64,000 nucleotides of DNA from the IMG/VR virus record IMGVR_UViG_3300027753_000008. One strand, written 5' to 3'. The notes beneath the pieces are model-generated. The model made no database searches and was not told the DNA's origin. It was given only the letters and a program-made list of their open reading frames with translations. The translations under genes and the position numbers were made by a program. Of the stretch, positions 28,031 through 36,592 are shown piece after piece. Positions within the stretch are counted from its first letter, which is position 1, and each line of letters opens with the position of its first letter. Source of the DNA: an uncultured virus (IMG/VR IMGVR_UViG_3300027753_000008). Lineage: Duplodnaviria > Heunggongvirae > Uroviricota > Caudoviricetes.

Positions 28031-28816
28031 ATGAATCATGCAATAGTTTGTGTATCAATTGGTAAAAGACCTTGGACAAAATATACCTTTAGTGCAATGG
28101 AAAGATATGCTAAAAATATTAATAGCGATTTTATTGTAGAAAGTGAATGTAATTATGAATCTATAAATAATTTTGAAAATAAATTTATAAATGTGGGAAG
28201 ACCAAATAAAAAAGGTTATATTGCTAAAGCTTTAGTTGTAGAAAAATACTTAAAAAAATATGATAGAATAGCTGTTATAGATGATTCATATATAATTAAG
28301 TCTAAAGCAGATAATCTATTTCAATTAATACCAGAAGGTTACTTAGGATTTAATCCAGAATTACATATGAATCTAAAAAAAGGAATGCCAACGCCATCCA
28401 GTAATGTTTCATTTGAATCTATAAAAAAATATATAAAAGAAAATAATCTAATGGAGGTATATTATGATTGGACCAAATACGCGAATAGCAGTTTAGTTTT
28501 ATATGATAGATCACATATAGAATATTTTTCACAAGATCATATTTTTAATAATTTAAATCTTTTTAATTGTAGACAGCCACACCAAAGTTTTTTATATTAT
28601 ACGTGTGCAAAATTTAATATAAAACAAAAAGAAATACCTCAAAGCTTTCACGTTATACCCGGAATATGGGAAAAATTGCAAAGAGAAAGAAGTGGTTTTA
28701 CCTCAGGCAAATCTTATATAAATTTAGATGGAGTGAATGGTGTTCATTATACAGGAACTTATAGACATAGAGAATCATTACTTAAGGAGGCTCATGATTT
28801 ATGGATAAACAATTAA
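28031..28816 (+). CDS. GT-A glycosyltransferase-like (divergent)
   Basis: IDDS, ANSSLV, HQSFL, VHYTG. Confidence 0.6.
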   Translation: MNHAIVCVSIGKRPWTKYTFSAMERYAKNINSDFIVESECNYESINNFENKFINVGRPNKKGYIAKALVVEKYLKKYDRIAVIDDSYIIKSKADNLFQLIPEGYLGFNPELHMNLKKGMPTPSSNVSFESIKKYIKENNLMEVYYDWTKYANSSLVLYDRSHIEYFSQDHIFNNLNLFNCRQPHQSFLYYTCAKFNIKQKEIPQSFHVIPGIWEKLQRERSGFTSGKSYINLDGVNGVHYTGTYRHRESLLKEAHDLWINN

Positions 28817-29343
28817 TCTTAGATGCTATATCAAATAATAAGCAAATGGAAAGACACGAATACGAATTTATAGCTTCTCATTTAGGAAGTAAAAGTTTTC
28901 TTGTTTTTGGAACAGGCAAAGATACAGACTATTGGAGAATTTGTAATAATAGTGGAATAACTTACTTTCTTGAAGATGACGATAGATGGATGCAAAATGA
29001 AAAAGATGTAATTAAAGTAAATTATAAAACTAAAAGATTTGAATATCAACAGCTGTTGGATGAGTTTAAAGAGCATAACTATAAAAATTTAGAAATGATT
29101 CTTCCTAATAAAATAACTAAAACTGCATGGGATGTTATATTAGTAGATGCTCCACAAGGTTCTAAGGATAGCGCGCCAGGAAGAATGCAAAGTATATTCA
29201 CTGCTTGGAAATTAGCAGATAAATCTACTACTGTCTTTATACACGATTGTAATAGAGAAGTTGAAAAATTGTACACTAATGAATTATTTTCAGAATCTAA
29301 GTTCGTGAAAAATTCTAAAACATTGAAAGTTGCTAAAAAATGA
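28801..29343 (+). CDS. DUF579 (GXMT/IRX15-like) polysaccharide O-methyltransferase
   Basis: FLVFG.G.D..W, FLEDD..W, WDVILVDAP.G....PGRM.SIFTA, VFIHDCNR.VE. Confidence 0.75.
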   Translation: MDKQLILDAISNNKQMERHEYEFIASHLGSKSFLVFGTGKDTDYWRICNNSGITYFLEDDDRWMQNEKDVIKVNYKTKRFEYQQLLDEFKEHNYKNLEMILPNKITKTAWDVILVDAPQGSKDSAPGRMQSIFTAWKLADKSTTVFIHDCNREVEKLYTNELFSESKFVKNSKTLKVAKK

Positions 29344-29373
29344 TATTTTCAGAAATATTTTTAGAGTAAAAAA

Positions 29374-30066
29374 ATGAAAACATATGCTATAGTAATTAAA
29401 GACCACGATATTTCTGAATATGGGTTTAATGGATTGCTCGCAAGCTCTTTTAAAGTCGACAACAACTTTGAAATTAATAGGTTTGATGCTATTATTCCAA
29501 GCCAAGTTGATGCTCTTTTATTAAAACAAAAGTTACGGTGGAACTATCCTTGGAAAGGTGAAGTAACTGATTTCGCAACAGGTCTAACTAAAAGAGCATA
29601 TGTAACGGCCAGACCTAAAGCCAGGATAGCTACAGCGCTAAGTCACTACTCCTTATGGTTAGAAGCAGCCACGCTTAATGAAACAATACTAGTATTAGAG
29701 CATGACTCTTGTTTTATAAACAAATTAGATATTGATCCAAATGCATGTAAAGGTCAGATCATAGGAATTAATAATCCTCTTGGATGTACAAGAAAATCCA
29801 GAGTATATCATCATAAAATTACTAGTAACCAAAATATATTTCAGCTTGCTCCTAAAGTAGATAACGAGAATGTACCTCAGGGATTAGCTGGAAATAGTGC
29901 ATATATAATTAAACCAAGTGGAGCTATAAAGATGCTTAAGCTTGTAGAAGAATTTGGACTGTGGCCCAATGATGCTATAATGTGTAAACAGCTATTTCCT
30001 AATTTATACGTTACGCAGAAATTCTATACTACTATTCAAAATTTAAAGAGTACTACTACACAATGA
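29374..30066 (+). CDS. GT25-like glycosyltransferase
   Basis: RFDAI, ALSHYSLW, LVLEHD, AYIIKPSGA. Confidence 0.75.
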   Translation: MKTYAIVIKDHDISEYGFNGLLASSFKVDNNFEINRFDAIIPSQVDALLLKQKLRWNYPWKGEVTDFATGLTKRAYVTARPKARIATALSHYSLWLEAATLNETILVLEHDSCFINKLDIDPNACKGQIIGINNPLGCTRKSRVYHHKITSNQNIFQLAPKVDNENVPQGLAGNSAYIIKPSGAIKMLKLVEEFGLWPNDAIMCKQLFPNLYVTQKFYTTIQNLKSTTTQ

Positions 30067-30704
30067 AAAATTATGTTATTACAATACTTACGAATCGTAA
30101 ATCTGTTGAATCGGCTGAAAGATGTATAGAATCCGGTAAAAAAAGAGGAATCTCGATTACCAAATGGGGTGCTACTGTTCCTAATACTCTTTTGCCTAGT
30201 TTACTTGAAGCATCTGGCATTAAAGAAGAAGGCTTTAAAGAAAAATATTCTAGACTTGAAAATTGTATGGCAGCATTTCACTCTCATTGGTCTTTGTGGA
30301 AACACTGCACAGAGATAAAAGAAGAAATTACAATCTTTGAACACGATGCTGTAGTGGTTGATTACATTCCCAATATGGCATTTAATGGATGTATAAGTTT
30401 GGGCAAGCCTTCATACGGCAAATTTAATATTCCGCCTCTACTGGGTAAAAACAAGCTAGTTTCTAAAAGATACTTTCCTGGTGCTCACGCATACAGAATT
30501 AATCCTTGGGGAGCTCAGCAGCTTATAAATCAAGCTCAAAAGTATGCAAGACCTACCGATGTCTTTCTACACATAGACACCTTTCCCTGGCTTGAAGAAT
30601 ATTATCCCTGGCCTGTAGAAGCAAGAGATACCTTTACTACTATTCAAAAAGAACAAGGTTGCTACGCTAAACATTCATGGAATGAAAATTATGAAATTAT
30701 ATAA
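30063..30704 (+). CDS. GT25-like glycosyltransferase
   Basis: FHSHWSLW, IFEHDA, GAHAYRINPWGA, PTD. Confidence 0.75.
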   Translation: MKNYVITILTNRKSVESAERCIESGKKRGISITKWGATVPNTLLPSLLEASGIKEEGFKEKYSRLENCMAAFHSHWSLWKHCTEIKEEITIFEHDAVVVDYIPNMAFNGCISLGKPSYGKFNIPPLLGKNKLVSKRYFPGAHAYRINPWGAQQLINQAQKYARPTDVFLHIDTFPWLEEYYPWPVEARDTFTTIQKEQGCYAKHSWNENYEII

Positions 30705-31323
30705 TAAACTTTTTATAACTGGTTGCGATTCAAATACTAAGTGGATGCTACCATGGTTTAAAGAAAAATTCTATAAGCATATGCCAAATGCGCATCTCGA
30801 AGTGTTTGATTTTGACACCAGGTTTTTAGGATGCCAGACATGGTTTAAAAAGCCTTCATCCATGATTGCAGCTTCTGGTATGGCTCGTAGTGTTTGCTGG
30901 CTAGATACTGACTGCGAAATCAGATCTAACATTGAAGATATTTTTAACTATGCAGAACATAATAAATTAAGCTTAGTAGAAGATGTTCCGTGGACAAAAC
31001 GCAGAGGCGAAACGTGGCACAACAGCGGAGTGGTGGTATTTAAAGGACTACCTTCTATTTTAGCAAATTGGGCTAAAGTCTGTAAGATAAAAAGTAGTGA
31101 GTCGACTCACCCAATGTATGGTGACCAAGATATACTTCACGAACTAGTTGGCCAAAATTTAAATAGAATTGTAAGCATAATAGATATCCCAAGAGGTTAT
31201 AACGTACTACGCCTAGATCTATTAGATAATACCAACCCTCCAAATATAAAGGTTATGCACTGGACTGGAGCTAAAGGTAAAGCAGAAATTAAAAAGCAAA
31301 TGATTAGTGAGACAATTAAATGA
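30682..31323 (+). CDS. GT-A glycosyltransferase (GT8-like)
   Basis: WFKKP, WLDTD, HNSGVV, GDQDIL, HWTG. Confidence 0.75.
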   Translation: MKIMKLYNKLFITGCDSNTKWMLPWFKEKFYKHMPNAHLEVFDFDTRFLGCQTWFKKPSSMIAASGMARSVCWLDTDCEIRSNIEDIFNYAEHNKLSLVEDVPWTKRRGETWHNSGVVVFKGLPSILANWAKVCKIKSSESTHPMYGDQDILHELVGQNLNRIVSIIDIPRGYNVLRLDLLDNTNPPNIKVMHWTGAKGKAEIKKQMISETIK

Positions 31324-31919
31324 GTAAAGTAGCGCATCTTATAGGAAATGGTGATAATGCTTCAATGTATAAACCGGCCAAAGGAATAAAGATAACATGT
31401 AATTTGCCTCCGTTTACTGTGCGTAATACTTATGCCACTACAATTGTTGATTTTAAAATGTGTAAGGCTATTACTGAAGGTAGTGTTGTTATACCTGGAG
31501 ATTGGATTATGGGCTATAGGCCATCTATCTGGTATGATAAAAATGAAGGTAATTTTAAAATGAGATTTGGTTCTCAAATAAGAGAATTCTATAAGGTACT
31601 ACCTGAGTATGCTAAGAATTACACAAACCTAAATTGCGGCCATTTCGCAGCTCACTATATTGCAAATAAAATAAAAGCTACAGAGATCCATTTGTATGGT
31701 TTCGATTCGCTTTTTGATATGAACCTAAGAAGCAGTACAGATTTTGTTCTTAACTCAGACCGCGGTGCAACAAATAACGTCAGATTAAACGATAATTGGA
31801 GGCCAATCTGGCAAGGGATTTTTAATGAGTTTAGCGATACACAATTTGTTTTATATCACAAGCACAATAATATTAAATTTAGTGTTCCAAAAAATGTTGA
31901 AATAAGAACAAAAAGTTAA
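31320..31919 (+). CDS. GT29/Maf-like transferase domain protein
   Basis: LIGNG, TCN, NCGH.A, IHLYGFD. Confidence 0.55.
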   Translation: MSKVAHLIGNGDNASMYKPAKGIKITCNLPPFTVRNTYATTIVDFKMCKAITEGSVVIPGDWIMGYRPSIWYDKNEGNFKMRFGSQIREFYKVLPEYAKNYTNLNCGHFAAHYIANKIKATEIHLYGFDSLFDMNLRSSTDFVLNSDRGATNNVRLNDNWRPIWQGIFNEFSDTQFVLYHKHNNIKFSVPKNVEIRTKS

Positions 31920-31928
31920 AATTAACTG

Positions 31929-31957
31929 TGTACATTATCTTTCAGATGCTGTAGGAT
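31929..31957 (+). promoter_or_regulatory. Early promoter (probably leaderless transcript)
   Basis: TGTACA-N17-TAGGAT; ATG begins 7 nt after the -10 box. Confidence 0.75.
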
Positions 31958-31963
31958 CTGACT

Positions 31964-32332
31964 ATGATGATAGAGTTTGAAAATATACGATCCGTTAAGT
32001 TTCAAGATTTAATCTGTGACGTAATGGAGTTTGGACGTAAAAAATTATTTCCGCGCCATAAACACGTTTATATAAATATTATTGCAATGCGCAATAAAGG
32101 AGTATATGGCGACTGCATGTATGAAGACGATCGTGACTTCACGATCCGCTTTGATACAACCCTTTCCCAAAAAGAAATCGTAACCACACTTTTGCATGAA
32201 CTCGTTCATGTTAAACAGTATCTCTATAAAGAAGAGATGGATTATGATCTTCCGTATGAGAAAAGGCCGCATGAAATTGAAGCGCTTGTAAAGGAGAAAC
32301 AATTAACGGAGGCTTACTATGGCCAAACGTAA
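31964..32332 (+). CDS. Zincin-like metallopeptidase
   Basis: HELVHVKQ and PHEIEA. Confidence 0.75.
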   Translation: MMIEFENIRSVKFQDLICDVMEFGRKKLFPRHKHVYINIIAMRNKGVYGDCMYEDDRDFTIRFDTTLSQKEIVTTLLHELVHVKQYLYKEEMDYDLPYEKRPHEIEALVKEKQLTEAYYGQT

Positions 32333-32627
32333 AGAAGATCGAATATTTGACAAAGACTGTGGAGATCTAATTGACGACAATATTAATATGACAGTACCAT
32401 GGTATCTTATGGCTTCATATGCATATTATGAAGAAGATCGTCCTATACTGTCGGATAGCTATTTTGACAGACTAACAAAGAAAATGTTAGAATATTGGGA
32501 TAATATTGATCATTTCCATAAGGATTGTATAAGTAAAGATATGCTACAAGCTGGTACATTTTTAGGTGAGTACCCAAGTAGAGTAAAATATGGACTTCAA
32601 GCATTAAGAGGTAAAGATGGCAGATAG
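32319..32627 (+). CDS. Stand-alone NAD+-dependent DNA ligase domain Ia-like protein
   Basis: SYAYYEEDRPILSDSYFDRL. Confidence 0.7.
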   Translation: MAKRKEDRIFDKDCGDLIDDNINMTVPWYLMASYAYYEEDRPILSDSYFDRLTKKMLEYWDNIDHFHKDCISKDMLQAGTFLGEYPSRVKYGLQALRGKDGR

Positions 32628-32757
32628 CGATGATCCTTGTGATGACGTAACTGATAGTCCAGCAGAATGGTTAGGTTGGGTAAAAATTAACAAAGAATAT
32701 AAAAAAGAAGAAGTGGAAACAGTACCGCCTTCATATGCTCGTTTTGAACACGGATAA
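32617..32757 (+). CDS. Small hypothetical protein (46 aa)
   Basis: GAGG RBS; MADSDDPCDD... Confidence 0.45.
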   Translation: MADSDDPCDDVTDSPAEWLGWVKINKEYKKEEVETVPPSYARFEHG

Positions 32758-32760
32758 AAA

Positions 32761-32850
32761 AATTATAAGCCGTTGTTTCTAAACTAAACAAAAACGCATA
32801 AAAGCGAAAATAAACGTGTACATTGCTTTCAACATGCTGTATAAAGGTTA
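32761..32850 (+). repeat. 90 bp promoter-containing direct repeat, copy 1 (TGTACA-N17-TATAAA at 32817-32845)
   Basis: 81/90 identical to 40237-40326 by manual alignment. Confidence 0.85.
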
Positions 32851-32868
32851 TATCAAAAGGAGAAAACA

Positions 32869-33126
32869 ATGTCAAAATTCGGAATCAACTTTGTAAATGC
32901 TTGTAACGCTGGTCTTAGCTTTCGTATTCAAACCGCTGAAGGTGAAATCGAACGTCGTGCAGATGATACTGCTGATGGTGTATATTTGGTAGAGCGTTAC
33001 GGCATTGCTTCTGATTGCTATCTTTCTTCAGATATGGATTTCGCATCTGAAGAAGGTTTTGCTGATGACGATGGAGCTAAAAAGTTTTTTAACCGTATCA
33101 TGAACAACGTATGTGAGGCAGCTTAA
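32869..33126 (+). CDS. Hypothetical early protein
   Basis: AAGGAG RBS; SSDMDFASE motif. Confidence 0.7.
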   Translation: MSKFGINFVNACNAGLSFRIQTAEGEIERRADDTADGVYLVERYGIASDCYLSSDMDFASEEGFADDDGAKKFFNRIMNNVCEAA

Positions 33127-33326
33127 TGTTTGATTCTGAATTCGTAACCGCCTTTGAAAAAGCGTGCAATAACTATGTTAACCAAACTCCTGATGGCACA
33201 GTCATATGGAACTATGTTGAGTCTGATTTGGCTCTTGACGGTTGGATAGAAAAATTAGGTGAAAGCTTTAATTCGTTCTTTGACGATATGGCAGATCAAT
33301 TCTTAGCTGCTAAGAGGGCTGTGTAA
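33126..33326 (+). CDS. Hypothetical protein
   Basis: TAATG coupling; WNYVESD. Confidence 0.65.
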   Translation: MFDSEFVTAFEKACNNYVNQTPDGTVIWNYVESDLALDGWIEKLGESFNSFFDDMADQFLAAKRAV

Positions 33327-33565
33327 TGAAGCCTTGGATTCAATCAACTCGTAATGGATTTGAAATGTCTGTAGATGAAATCGAACGCATATATGCTGAG
33401 ACTGTTCAAGGTGAACAATCTATTATGGTTCAAAAAGACATGAAGCAGTGGGCTCTTAAAGAAGGTATGTGGCCTCATAGTCATTATGATAATATCAAAA
33501 GCGGGCATGCTGATGCTCGTGGCTGGACTCAAGAAGGATTCACCGGAATGGAGATATGCGAATGA
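33326..33565 (+). CDS. Hypothetical protein
   Basis: TAATG coupling. Confidence 0.6.
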   Translation: MKPWIQSTRNGFEMSVDEIERIYAETVQGEQSIMVQKDMKQWALKEGMWPHSHYDNIKSGHADARGWTQEGFTGMEICE

Positions 33566-33777
33566 AAATAACTGATTATTCAAGTATGGCCATGAATATT
33601 ATATCGAATGGTTGGCATTTGCCTTTAGTTAATGGCAAAGTTAACAGTAGTAATATTGAAGATAAAATTGTAATAGGCATATATAATAAAGATCTTGGCC
33701 CGATACTTGCTGAAGAGGCTGATTTAGTAATTCAGCTAGTGGAAGAATTAGTAGCCGAGTATGGAGAAAAAACATGA
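33556..33777 (+). CDS. Hypothetical protein
   Basis: GGAG RBS, operonic. Confidence 0.55.
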   Translation: MRMKITDYSSMAMNIISNGWHLPLVNGKVNSSNIEDKIVIGIYNKDLGPILAEEADLVIQLVEELVAEYGEKT

Positions 33778-34214
33778 AACTAATATTAGCCAGTGCGGCA
33801 CTGTTTGCCGCCACTTCTGTTTCTGCAGAAGTAACTAAGATCAAAATTTATGATCACACTAAAACCGTGACACAATCCGTGCCGGTATCCGAACGGAGAT
33901 GTCAAGACATTAAGGTTCCTATCTACCAACAAGGTGGCCAAGCATCTGGTGGTGACGTACTACTTGGTGCTATCCTCGGCGGTTTACTTGGCGGAGGAGT
34001 ATCTGGTAAAGACGAAGGTGCTGCTATTGGTGCTTTAGGTGGCGCAATCATTGCGAATGAATCTGCTAAAGGTCCTAAGGTAACTGGATATGAAATTCAG
34101 CGGCAATGCAGTGATGTAGTTGTATATCAGAATTCTAATGTAGAAATATATAGTCATTCTACCATCCGCTTCTTCGTAGACGGAAAACGGTATGTAGTAC
34201 CGTTTCAGAAATAA
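33774..34214 (+). CDS. Glycine-zipper 2TM secreted protein
   Basis: Signal peptide; GAILGGLLGG...AAIGALGGA. Confidence 0.8.
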   Translation: MKLILASAALFAATSVSAEVTKIKIYDHTKTVTQSVPVSERRCQDIKVPIYQQGGQASGGDVLLGAILGGLLGGGVSGKDEGAAIGALGGAIIANESAKGPKVTGYEIQRQCSDVVVYQNSNVEIYSHSTIRFFVDGKRYVVPFQK

Positions 34215-34222
34215 TTGAATAA

Positions 34223-34299
34223 GCTCCGATAGCTCAATTGGTTAGAGCGCCCCGCTCATAACGGGTCGGTTGCAGGTTCGAGTCCTGCTGGGAGCACCA
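34223..34299 (+). tRNA. tRNA with CAT anticodon, probably tRNA-Ile2 (lysidine)
   Basis: Cloverleaf with CTCATAA loop, TTCGAGT, encoded CCA; C4-G69/C5-G68. Confidence 0.85.
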
Positions 34300-34304
34300 T
34301 AAAT

Positions 34305-34381
34305 GAATACGTAGCTCAGCTGGATAGAGCAAGTGCCTTCTAAGCACTAGGTCGAGGGTTCGAATCCTTCCGTGTTCGCCA
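34305..34381 (+). tRNA. tRNA-Arg(TCT)
   Basis: Cloverleaf AGTGC-CTTCTAA-GCACT, CCA end. Confidence 0.95.
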
Positions 34382-34387
34382 AATAAA

Positions 34388-34464
34388 CTCGGTGTAGCGC
34401 AGTCTGGTAGCGCGCCTGCTTTGGGAGCAGGATGTCAGAGGTTCGAATCCTTTCATCGAGACCA
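34388..34464 (+). tRNA. tRNA-Pro(TGG)
   Basis: Cloverleaf CCTGC-TTTGGGA-GCAGG, CCA end. Confidence 0.95.
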
Positions 34465-34485
34465 ATCACAAACAGGAGAAATAAA

Positions 34486-34761
34486 TTGGAAATAATTGTA
34501 GTATGGTTCTTGTCAATGGCGGCAATGAACACAGAAATAGAAAAAAATAAAAGTAGTATTGAGAACTTAAATGCAGAGATAGTAATGCTTCAAGTTGAAA
34601 ATACCATTATTAATGAACAACTTGCTGATCACGAACAAACTATTATTAATACTGCTGCATCGCACTCTGCGTTCTATGCTCGTCAGCAAATTGATAATGA
34701 TGTGTTTGAGGATTCTATTGAAATCCTTAATCAAAGGTTAAATATGCTAGAAAAGCCCTAA
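34486..34761 (+). CDS. Coiled-coil hypothetical protein
   Basis: AGGAG RBS before TTG 34486. Confidence 0.6.
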   Translation: MEIIVVWFLSMAAMNTEIEKNKSSIENLNAEIVMLQVENTIINEQLADHEQTIINTAASHSAFYARQQIDNDVFEDSIEILNQRLNMLEKP

Positions 34762-34762
34762 T

Positions 34763-35365
34763 ATGAATTATTTTGAGCTATATGGATTACAGAGGTCTGG
34801 TACAACTTGGTTGAAATCTCTTCTTGAACTAAACTTTGATTGTTCCGAACTTAATTCATATCACAAGCATACGCTAGATCCTAAATCATTTTCTTATCCG
34901 ACTTGCGTGATATTTAAATCCCCATATACTTGGGTAGAGTCTATAGTTTATAGGGAACCAGCAGATCTTCCTGTTCGGTTCCCTAAAATTTTAGAGCCAG
35001 GTAATTTCATGATTGATAATTCTTATGGCGAATGTAATATCAACTTAGAAAATTTGGTGGATCTCTATTGTTCTTTTTATGATAATCATTCTTCAGTTGC
35101 TGATTATACATTTATATATGAAACGTTACTAGATGACATAGATCTACAGATTAAAGCTGGTGAGAATTTAGATTTGATAAGAAAAGATCAAGAGTGGCTA
35201 GAACCTCCACTAGGAGGATTTATGCAAGAAGCATTTACTAAAGATATGTACCCGTATTATAAAGCGCAAAAGCCTGAAAAACTTAGTAATTGCCATATTG
35301 AGATTATTAACAATTTAATACCTAAAGATTTTTGGCTACAAACTAATCTTAAATATTGTAGTTAA
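34763..35365 (+). CDS. Sulfotransferase-like protein
   Basis: GLQRSGTTWL PAPS-binding loop; KSPYTWVES; YE.L. Confidence 0.7.
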   Translation: MNYFELYGLQRSGTTWLKSLLELNFDCSELNSYHKHTLDPKSFSYPTCVIFKSPYTWVESIVYREPADLPVRFPKILEPGNFMIDNSYGECNINLENLVDLYCSFYDNHSSVADYTFIYETLLDDIDLQIKAGENLDLIRKDQEWLEPPLGGFMQEAFTKDMYPYYKAQKPEKLSNCHIEIINNLIPKDFWLQTNLKYCS

Positions 35366-35369
35366 AACC

Positions 35370-35377
35370 TATAAATA
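35370..35377 (+). promoter_or_regulatory. Late promoter
   Basis: TATAAATA. Confidence 0.65.
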
Positions 35378-35411
35378 TAGTTTAATCATAATAATAAAGA
35401 TAGGTTAAACT

Positions 35412-35906
35412 ATGTCAATGAATCAAAATAAGTACGATGTAATTGTAATAAAAGTAGTAGATGGCGATACTGTCGATGTAGATATCGATTTGGGTTTTGG
35501 CATATGTTTGAAAGACGAACGTGTAAGAGTGATGGGTATCGATACTCCAGAATCTCGAACGTCTGATAGAGTTGAAGACTTATTTGGCGAAGCTGCAAAA
35601 GCCCGTTTAAAGGAACTTATGAAACACGGTGGGAAACTTATCACCACAGAAAATAAGCATGGCGAAGATATGAAGGGTAAATTCGGACGTATTCTTGGAG
35701 ATTTTGAAGTAGATTACCACGGTGAAATGAAAAGAGTCACTGAAATTATGACTCTTGAAGGTCACTGTGTACCATATTTCGGTGGTAGTAAAGAAGAAAC
35801 CCAAGCAGCTCATATGGTAAACAGAGCACGCCTCATTGCTGAAGGCATAGTCTCTCAAGACGATGTTGATGCTGCTCAGGCTAAAATGGATAAAAAGAAG
35901 AAATAA
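35412..35906 (+). CDS. Thermonuclease (SNase) family nuclease
   Basis: VVDGDT, RVRVMGIDTPE, GKFGRILG. Confidence 0.9.
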   Translation: MSMNQNKYDVIVIKVVDGDTVDVDIDLGFGICLKDERVRVMGIDTPESRTSDRVEDLFGEAAKARLKELMKHGGKLITTENKHGEDMKGKFGRILGDFEVDYHGEMKRVTEIMTLEGHCVPYFGGSKEETQAAHMVNRARLIAEGIVSQDDVDAAQAKMDKKKK

Positions 35907-36281
35907 TTACTTCTTATCTTCTTTAGGACTTTTTCCCTTTGAATAGGCTTGGGCTCCAAAGAATGCTGCTACTAGGCCGGCGATTGCTACAAAGTATGTA
36001 GGAGCAATATCACCTACTATTTTAGCAGCGCTGTCTACGCCTAATATACTAGTAAGTAGAATAAGTACAGGATAAAGAAGCATGCCCCATAGAGCAAACC
36101 ATGCCATAGACCTTATCTGGTCTTCCTTAGCATCTTCGTTCTCTTGCATTTTCTTTTTATGTTCCCATTCTGCTATTTCTTTAGCGCGGGACATTTCTTC
36201 GTCAGTAATAATTCCGTCGCCATCAGTATCGAGGTGGGCGTAGATGGAATCAGCTTCCATTACTTTAGCTTTTTTAGCCAT
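35907..36281 (-). CDS. EF-hand plus two-TM membrane protein (holin-like)
   Basis: DTDGDGIITDEE; two TMs; AGGAG RBS; late promoter upstream. Confidence 0.75.
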   Translation of the reverse strand: MAKKAKVMEADSIYAHLDTDGDGIITDEEMSRAKEIAEWEHKKKMQENEDAKEDQIRSMAWFALWGMLLYPVLILLTSILGVDSAAKIVGDIAPTYFVAIAGLVAAFFGAQAYSKGKSPKEDKK

Positions 36282-36307
36282 ATTATTCTCCTATTCCTTT
36301 TCAATTG

Positions 36308-36315
36308 TATTTATA
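36308..36315 (-). promoter_or_regulatory. Late promoter (minus strand)
   Basis: TATTTATA on + = TATAAATA on -. Confidence 0.7.
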
Positions 36316-36344
36316 AGAAAGTAACATTATGCAGGAAAGATACC

Positions 36345-36566
36345 ATGAGTATATCAAAAGAAAATTCAAAGAAGAGCGTGAAAGATTGGAACTGGCTGCA
36401 GATAGATCGTTATCTGTGGGAGCTGATATCGAAGTGGAACGGGAAACCTACTACCAAAAAGAAGATACTTGAAGTAGTAATGAAGAAATTTTCGTGGACA
36501 GAAAAACAAACAAAAATAGCATGCGCTATGCATTTTAAGGTGTACAATAGTCGTAAAACAAAGTAG
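36345..36566 (+). CDS. Hypothetical protein
   Basis: AGGA RBS before ATG 36345. Confidence 0.5.
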   Translation: MSISKENSKKSVKDWNWLQIDRYLWELISKWNGKPTTKKKILEVVMKKFSWTEKQTKIACAMHFKVYNSRKTK

Positions 36567-36569
36567 AAT
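36541..36569 (+). promoter_or_regulatory. Early promoter
   Basis: TGTACA-N17-TAGAAT. Confidence 0.75.
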
Positions 36570-36592
36570 AATCCCAGTGAAAAGGAGTTATC

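Noticed and set aside
32071..32078. TATAAATA inside the metallopeptidase gene
   Set aside because: Intragenic, not near a gene start, plausible by chance in AT-rich DNA
34347..34532. ORFs overlapping the tRNA genes (34347-34532 minus; ATG start at 34432)
   Set aside because: Shadow frames of tRNA sequence; the real gene probably starts at TTG 34486
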